From Candidatus Poribacteria bacterium (GTDB taxonomy: Bacteria > Poribacteria > WGA-4E > WGA-3G): a stretch of 64,000 nucleotides of DNA. Position 1 is the stretch's first letter. Every line of letters begins with the position of its first letter. Positions 58,404 to 64,000 of the stretch are shown piece by piece. The stretch lies in contig OZ243938.1 in NCBI GenBank assembly GCA_965214095.1, positions 3,776,001-3,840,000 of the forward strand, given 5' to 3'. A model generated the notes under the pieces. The model was given only the letters and a program-made list of their open reading frames with translations, did no database searches and was not told the origin of the DNA. The position numbers and the translations under genes are program-made.

Positions 58404-59474
58404 ATGCAATCGCAAATATTCTATGAACCAGAATCAATGGAACTTGAAGATCGTCCAGTGCCTGAAGCTGGAGATAATGATCTATTAGTTCAAGTGCGGT
58501 CAGTCGGAATCTGTGGGTCGGATGTAGCATATTATTTCGGATATAGTTCACTTGAAACAGATGACGGAAAAGGACCGCTCATCCTTGGACACGAATTTAC
58601 AGGTGAAGTCGTTGAAGTTGGGAATGAGGCAGGTAAAACTGGTGGATTCAAAGTTGGGGATCGAGTTGTTGTTAATCCTGTTCAATCCAACCCAAATTCT
58701 TTTTGGAGCAAAAAGGGATTGTCAAACCTATGTCCAGAAAAACGTATTTTGGGTGTAGGTGTTGATGGAGGATTCGCTGAATACGCTGTTTCAGATTATC
58801 GTTGGACTGTGAAACTACCTGAGAATGTTACTTATGATCAAGGGGCACTGACAGAACCGCTGGCATGTGGATTGTATGCTATCAACAATCTCAATGCTGA
58901 AGAAGGACAAACTGCTGTTGTTTTTGGTCCTGGTCCTATCGGTTTGATGATGGTACAAGTGCTGAAAAGTCGTGGTTTGAAGAACGTGCTGCTTGTTGGG
59001 ACCCGTGATTATCGCTTGGATTGTGGTAAGGAACTTGGTGCGGATGTTGTTGTTAACGTTAGCGATAAAGATTCCCCGCACTACGTTGAAGACCTCGGTG
59101 CAACAATTCAGGATCTCAACAATGGTGAATTGGCAGACCGAGCCATTACTGCGACAAGTTCACTTGATGCTATTCATTCTGCGCTTGAAGTTACAGGTAG
59201 ACATGCAACCGTTGTAATCTTTGGACTTCCCGGGGACAAAGATGTGATGCAGGTTCCGATACTTGATACCATTCTCATGGATAAAACCATCAGGTTCTCC
59301 TGGTTAGCACCTGACACATGGGAAGAAGCCGTTCAACTCATATCCAGTGGTGATGTCAATATGGACAAAATCATCAGTCATGAATTTTCGCTTGATACAC
59401 TTGTTGAAGGGATTACGAAAGTCCGAAATCGCGAAGATAAATGCACAAAAGGATTGATAAAAGTTTCTTCTTAA
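58404..59474 (+). CDS. Zinc-binding medium-chain dehydrogenase (sorbitol/threonine dehydrogenase-like)
   Basis: GICGSD, GHEFTG.V, EPLAC, GPGPIG; start MQSQ after AGGAGG. Confidence 0.9.
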   Translation: MQSQIFYEPESMELEDRPVPEAGDNDLLVQVRSVGICGSDVAYYFGYSSLETDDGKGPLILGHEFTGEVVEVGNEAGKTGGFKVGDRVVVNPVQSNPNSFWSKKGLSNLCPEKRILGVGVDGGFAEYAVSDYRWTVKLPENVTYDQGALTEPLACGLYAINNLNAEEGQTAVVFGPGPIGLMMVQVLKSRGLKNVLLVGTRDYRLDCGKELGADVVVNVSDKDSPHYVEDLGATIQDLNNGELADRAITATSSLDAIHSALEVTGRHATVVIFGLPGDKDVMQVPILDTILMDKTIRFSWLAPDTWEEAVQLISSGDVNMDKIISHEFSLDTLVEGITKVRNREDKCTKGLIKVSS

Positions 59475-59487
59475 GTCTGAGTAGAAC

Positions 59488-59835
59488 ATGGGTATTCCAT
59501 TTTTCATCGTTTTTGCATTATCCATAGTCTTTTTGTCTCTTGGCATCACAGGATGGGGTGACTTTGTATCAATAGAGTGGCCTGAACAGAGTGCGCCTGA
59601 TGTAGAAGTTGAAGATGTGGAAGTCACCCCATACCTAAATATTAAAGGAAATTACCGCGCAATTGTCCAATGCATATCTGGATTCTTACTATTTTTGCTA
59701 AGTCTCTATGTAATGGGATTCTTGTTATATCTTGAGGAACGTGAAAGTGGTAGAATAATGAAAAATGTCAAGAGTTTTGTCAAGTTAAGACAATTTTTGG
59801 AACGTCGTAAAAAAAGAAGAGATATCTCACAATGA
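59488..59835 (+). CDS. Hypothetical 2-TM membrane protein
   Basis: Two hydrophobic segments and a basic tail; same-strand operon context. Confidence 0.55.
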   Translation: MGIPFFIVFALSIVFLSLGITGWGDFVSIEWPEQSAPDVEVEDVEVTPYLNIKGNYRAIVQCISGFLLFLLSLYVMGFLLYLEERESGRIMKNVKSFVKLRQFLERRKKRRDISQ

Positions 59836-59933
59836 AATGTATCGTAAAAAATGGGACCAAATTGATCTACACCTAAGTTCAAAATTCATGATACATTCAC
59901 GTTAATCCTAACTTTGCGGAAAGGAGAGACACC

Positions 59934-60677
59934 GTGGACACCTATCCAAACGTGCACAAGACACCTTACGCACCGACAGAAACTGCAGACTTCTATCCTG
60001 AATCGGATGGTAAACCTATGGCAGATACGGATCTCCACATAAAGTGGATACTTTGGACGCGTCAAGTACTTGAGTGGCGTTTTGCTCAAAGATCCGATGT
60101 CTATATCTCTGGTAATATCATGATGTACGACATTGAGGGACCTCTCCGAACCGCAGTGTCTCCTGATATTCTCGTCTCTTTTGGTATCGGAAGGAAGGAG
60201 CATCGGACCTATAAGGTATGGGAAGTAGGTAAACCACCCGATTTTGTCATGGAGTTTTCAAGCAAGCGCACATATAAAAATGACTTAGAGTGGAAAGTTG
60301 AACACTATGCTTCCATGGGTATTCCTGAGTATTTCTTATATGATGTTGATAGACGTTATTTACCCGCACCGCTGATGGGTTATCGGCTTGTTGAGGATAC
60401 CTACAATGAAGTTGCCACAGTGGGAGATGATGTCCTGTATTCAGAAGTATTAAACCTGAATTTTCATTTGCTTGATGATGGGTTGGGTCTTTACGATCCA
60501 GATACGAAGGAATGGTTGCAAACATCTGCTGAGGCAGCGACAGACCGTGCAGAACAAGCTGAAGTCCGCGCAGAACAAGCTGAAGTTCGTGTGCAAGAAG
60601 AATCTGAAGCAAGGGAAAAAGCCGAAGCGGAAGTCTTACGACTCCAAGAGGAAATTGCACGTTTGAAAGCACGTTAA
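59934..60677 (+). CDS. Uma2 family (DUF820) PD-(D/E)XK nuclease-like protein with a coiled-coil tail
   Basis: YPESDGKPMA, VSPD, PDFVMEFSS, GIPEYFLYD; tail repeats RAEQAEV. Confidence 0.9.
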   Translation: MDTYPNVHKTPYAPTETADFYPESDGKPMADTDLHIKWILWTRQVLEWRFAQRSDVYISGNIMMYDIEGPLRTAVSPDILVSFGIGRKEHRTYKVWEVGKPPDFVMEFSSKRTYKNDLEWKVEHYASMGIPEYFLYDVDRRYLPAPLMGYRLVEDTYNEVATVGDDVLYSEVLNLNFHLLDDGLGLYDPDTKEWLQTSAEAATDRAEQAEVRAEQAEVRVQEESEAREKAEAEVLRLQEEIARLKAR

Positions 60678-60682
60678 CGAAA

Positions 60683-61762
60683 GTGACACAACAATTGAAA
60701 AACGATTTAATTCTTCGCGCTGCGAGATGTTTACCTGTGGAACGTGTGCCTGTGTGGTTGATGCGGCAGGCAGGGAGATCAGACCCTCTCTATCGGCGAA
60801 TCCGAGAAGAACTTAACCTACCGTTGGAACGTCTGTTCCGAACTTGTCCCTTCCCAATATCAGACACTGATGTTGAATCTGCAGTAAAAATATCATTGCT
60901 GCCCAAACGGATCGGTGTAGATGCAATTATTGTTTATAAGGATATACTTACACCACTTGCTCCGATGGGAGCACAATTCAGATTCTCACCCGGACCTGTT
61001 TTAGACCGTCCAATACGTACACAATCACAAGTAGATGCACTCAGTCCATTGGACGATCCTTATGTACAATTGGAGTTCACTGGACAGGTGATACACACAC
61101 TTCGGAAAAGATTGAATGGTGAATTGCCACTCATCGGTTTTGCAGGAGCACCTTTGACACTTGCCTTTTTCCTCATTGCGGGGCAAAGTCCGATGAAAAA
61201 AGGTGAAGGAATGTCTGAAGCTGCGACCCCAGTATTTGAGATGATGGAAGATACGCCGGAAATCATGCACAAACTATTAAATAAATTGACTGAAATGACT
61301 ATTAACTATCTGAATTATCAAATCAGTCAAGGTGTTCAAGTTGTGCAGCTTTTTGAATCCATCGCTGATGTCCTATCACAGGATTTATATGAACGTTTTG
61401 CATTTCCCTACCATCAACGAATTTTTGCCGAAATTAATTCAGATGTTCCGGGAATACTGTTTGCAAAAGAGTGTCCATACATTAATCTAATGCACCAGAG
61501 TGGGGCAGGTGTCCTAAGTATTGGAAAATGTGTTGACCTTGAAAAGGCAAAATCCGAGACAGATGGTTCAGTTGCATTTCAAGGAAACGTTGATAATGAT
61601 TTACTCCGAGATGGCACTATTTCTCAGATTACGGATGCAGTCAAAGAATGTATTGAAAAAGGAAAAAAGACAGGACATATTCTAAACCTAAGCCATGGTC
61701 TCCACAGAGACACACCTTTTGAGAATGTCCAACATTTCGTAAAGATAGCAAAGACTTTTTAG
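60683..61762 (+). CDS. hemE: Uroporphyrinogen decarboxylase
   Basis: PVWLMRQAGR, DIL, LIGFAGAP.TL, QGNVD, NLSHG. Confidence 0.9.
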   Translation: MTQQLKNDLILRAARCLPVERVPVWLMRQAGRSDPLYRRIREELNLPLERLFRTCPFPISDTDVESAVKISLLPKRIGVDAIIVYKDILTPLAPMGAQFRFSPGPVLDRPIRTQSQVDALSPLDDPYVQLEFTGQVIHTLRKRLNGELPLIGFAGAPLTLAFFLIAGQSPMKKGEGMSEAATPVFEMMEDTPEIMHKLLNKLTEMTINYLNYQISQGVQVVQLFESIADVLSQDLYERFAFPYHQRIFAEINSDVPGILFAKECPYINLMHQSGAGVLSIGKCVDLEKAKSETDGSVAFQGNVDNDLLRDGTISQITDAVKECIEKGKKTGHILNLSHGLHRDTPFENVQHFVKIAKTF

Positions 61763-61770
61763 GAATATTA

Positions 61771-63228
61771 ATGAGAAGCATACAAGAAAACCCATTTGCT
61801 CCACGACAATACGGAGAACTAATTAAGGTAACAGATCGTGTTTATCTATTTCGTAATATCGTCAACTCCTCAATAATTTTGGGGGAAAATGGTGTTGCTG
61901 TTATAGATACCCAAGTAAATCAGATGATGGGTAAAAGGCTGTTAAAGGCTATTCGCTCAATCACTAATAAACCGATACTATATGCGATAAATACACATTA
62001 TCATTGGGATCATACCAATGGGAACATTATTTTTCGGGAAGAAGGTGCGACGGTTGTTGCACGCGAAATGACCAAAGATTTTATGGTGAATAGAGCACCG
62101 CGACAAGAGGATTTTTTGCGTTCACGTGGTTTCACACTTGGGGATCCACCGTTTCTGCCGCAGCAGACATTTACTCACGAAACGGAACTTGATTTAGGAA
62201 ATCAACCCTTGCATCTCGTACATTTGGGTAAAGCAGAAACAGATGACGCATCTGCAATCAGAATTCCAGCAGAGGGATGTATTGTGTCTGGTGATACCGT
62301 TATGACCGGTAGTTTCCCTATTTTTGGACAACCTGTTATGAATGAAGGCCTCATGGCGAACCATGATTGGATTAACACTATTCAGGAATTGCGAACATAC
62401 AACCCTGAACATGTGCTACCGGGACACGGTCCTTTAGCACACGATGCAGAGATTGACTTGTTGCTGAAAATTGAGTCTTATTTCTTAACTGAAGTTCGTA
62501 AACGAGTTGAACAAGGTATGTCTTTAGCAGAATTGCTGTCGGATATGGAGGCTAACATGCCGAATTGGATTCGTGACATCGCGGAAGTATGGGGAACACC
62601 TCGTTATGCTATTCTTCGGGTATATCGCGGATTGATTGACGACCCGGAACCTGGATGGCAGCACTTCAAACCATCTGCTATTCCATCAGCAGATGTAAAT
62701 GAATTATGTCAACGAACACAAGAACTGACAGAATTTGTGTCGTATAAAGAGACAGCAGATGAGGTTGCAGAAGGGGATGATTTGGGATTAGCAATCGCTA
62801 TTTTGAAAGCAGCTACAGATAAATATGCGAATCTTCCAGAGGCCTGGACTGAATATGCTAATCTGTTGACTCAGGCATCTCGCACGGTGTCAAGTGTTCT
62901 TGAGAAAGGTGATTTCTTCTTTGAGGCGAAAAACGCACTTAACACCGCACTTGAAATAGATTCGGATTATGCCCCTGCACACCTATTACTCGGTTCAAGT
63001 TACATTTTTTCTGCATTTAGAAATGGTGATGATCCCACACCCGGTATGGAGTCAATATATAAAGCCTTAGTCAACGGCATTGAAGGCACAGAACTTGCGC
63101 AAGCGTATTTTTCAATAGGACTTGCACATCGGACAAATGGAGATGAGAAACTTGCCCGGGAAGCATTTGCACAAGCGGTTGCTGTTGACCCCAGTTTCAT
63201 GCCAGCACAATTGGCAAATATGGCATAG
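61771..63228 (+). CDS. Metallo-beta-lactamase fold protein with C-terminal TPR repeats
   Basis: THYHWDH, SGD, PGHG; TPR-like helices at the C-terminus. Confidence 0.85.
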   Translation: MRSIQENPFAPRQYGELIKVTDRVYLFRNIVNSSIILGENGVAVIDTQVNQMMGKRLLKAIRSITNKPILYAINTHYHWDHTNGNIIFREEGATVVAREMTKDFMVNRAPRQEDFLRSRGFTLGDPPFLPQQTFTHETELDLGNQPLHLVHLGKAETDDASAIRIPAEGCIVSGDTVMTGSFPIFGQPVMNEGLMANHDWINTIQELRTYNPEHVLPGHGPLAHDAEIDLLLKIESYFLTEVRKRVEQGMSLAELLSDMEANMPNWIRDIAEVWGTPRYAILRVYRGLIDDPEPGWQHFKPSAIPSADVNELCQRTQELTEFVSYKETADEVAEGDDLGLAIAILKAATDKYANLPEAWTEYANLLTQASRTVSSVLEKGDFFFEAKNALNTALEIDSDYAPAHLLLGSSYIFSAFRNGDDPTPGMESIYKALVNGIEGTELAQAYFSIGLAHRTNGDEKLAREAFAQAVAVDPSFMPAQLANMA

Positions 63229-63236
63229 GAGAATAT

Positions 63237-64000
63237 ATGAAATACGATAGCGTTTTACTCATCGCATTTGGTGGACCGACCTCTGGATGCTGCAAAAAAT
63301 ACGATACCGAAAATTGTCCTGGTGAGGCGTACTGTTTTGTTGAAGGTATTGCCGGTGATGCCGAATCTCAGAAGGACCGTGTGAAAGACATCTCATCCCA
63401 TTACGTACAATTAGGTGGTTTCTCACCATTCAACAAATTGACGTACAAACAAGCTGAAGCATTAGAAAACGCATTAAGAGAACGGAACTTACCACTGACC
63501 GTTTTTGCAGGATTTAGACATTGGTCACCCTATTTAAAGGAAGTTATTGCTGAAATGGCACAAAAAGGACATCGCAAAATCCTTGGTATTATTATGGCAC
63601 CCCACCAATCCAAAGTGAGTTGGGAATGGTATCAACTGGCTGTCCAGAAGGGGATTGATGCTGTTGAAGGTGAAAAGCCAACTATAGACTATCTTGAACC
63701 TTGGTATACTCACGAAGGATATGTTGGTGCGATCGCTGAGATTATCAAATCTGCCAGTGGTGACAAATTAGATCGTGCTGAACTGGTTTTCACAGCACAC
63801 TCAATTCCACAAGCAGCAGCAGATATTTCACCTTACTCCCAACAATTTGAAAAAACAGGTGAAGCAGTCGCGCATGAACTTGGAAAAACACGGTTCGATT
63901 TTGCCTACCAAAGTGAAGTGGAAACAAGCACTGTTCCCTGGACGCAACCTGATATCAACGATTGGCTTGTTGCTAAGGAAAAAGAAGGTGTTGAGACTGT
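63237..64000 (+). CDS. hemH: Ferrochelatase (3'-truncated by the window)
   Basis: Hand-translated VLLIAFGGP...HY...GGFSP...GFRHWSPY...FTAHSIP...AYQS...PW..PDI; absent from the ORF track. Confidence 0.9.
   Translation, partial: MKYDSVLLIAFGGPTSGCCKKYDTENCPGEAYCFVEGIAGDAESQKDRVKDISSHYVQLGGFSPFNKLTYKQAEALENALRERNLPLTVFAGFRHWSPYLKEVIAEMAQKGHRKILGIIMAPHQSKVSWEWYQLAVQKGIDAVEGEKPTIDYLEPWYTHEGYVGAIAEIIKSASGDKLDRAELVFTAHSIPQAAADISPYSQQFEKTGEAVAHELGKTRFDFAYQSEVETSTVPWTQPDINDWLVAKEKEGVET

Noticed and set aside
60540-60600. 21-bp repeats in the Uma2 tail as a diversity-generating element
   Set aside because: An ordinary coiled-coil tail for this family; no reverse transcriptase or template/variable repeat pair seen

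Overview
A roughly 41% GC bacterial chromosome segment whose gene content points to Candidatus Poribacteria (inference). The evidence is the PhyH, sulfatase, SDR and LamG expansions, secreted proteins ending in a KLxxTWGxxK motif or a PNPFNPETW Ig-like C-terminal domain, LRR/cohesin/dockerin proteins and Uma2. It holds a Mo-hydroxylase operon end, many catabolic genes, an orphan DNA methyltransferase and two toxin-antitoxin modules with broken toxins. It also holds rpsU/rimI, tRNA-Leu, an rpoZ-tRNA-rpmG-secE-nusG-rplKAJL cluster with no tuf and no following rpoBC, and the start of a heme operon (hemE - MBL/TPR gene - hemH). The most notable unexplained structures are: (i) modular secreted proteins with two types of C-terminal tag plus cohesin/dockerin modules; (ii) stacked and nested small non-autonomous elements, namely GTAG-type REP cores inside TA-bounded envelopes and a clean 348-bp MITE with a 9-bp target duplication; (iii) antitoxin-like modules fused to foreign N-terminal domains; (iv) a ferrochelatase with an N-terminal 4-Cys insertion. 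All calls are by eye, without database searches.
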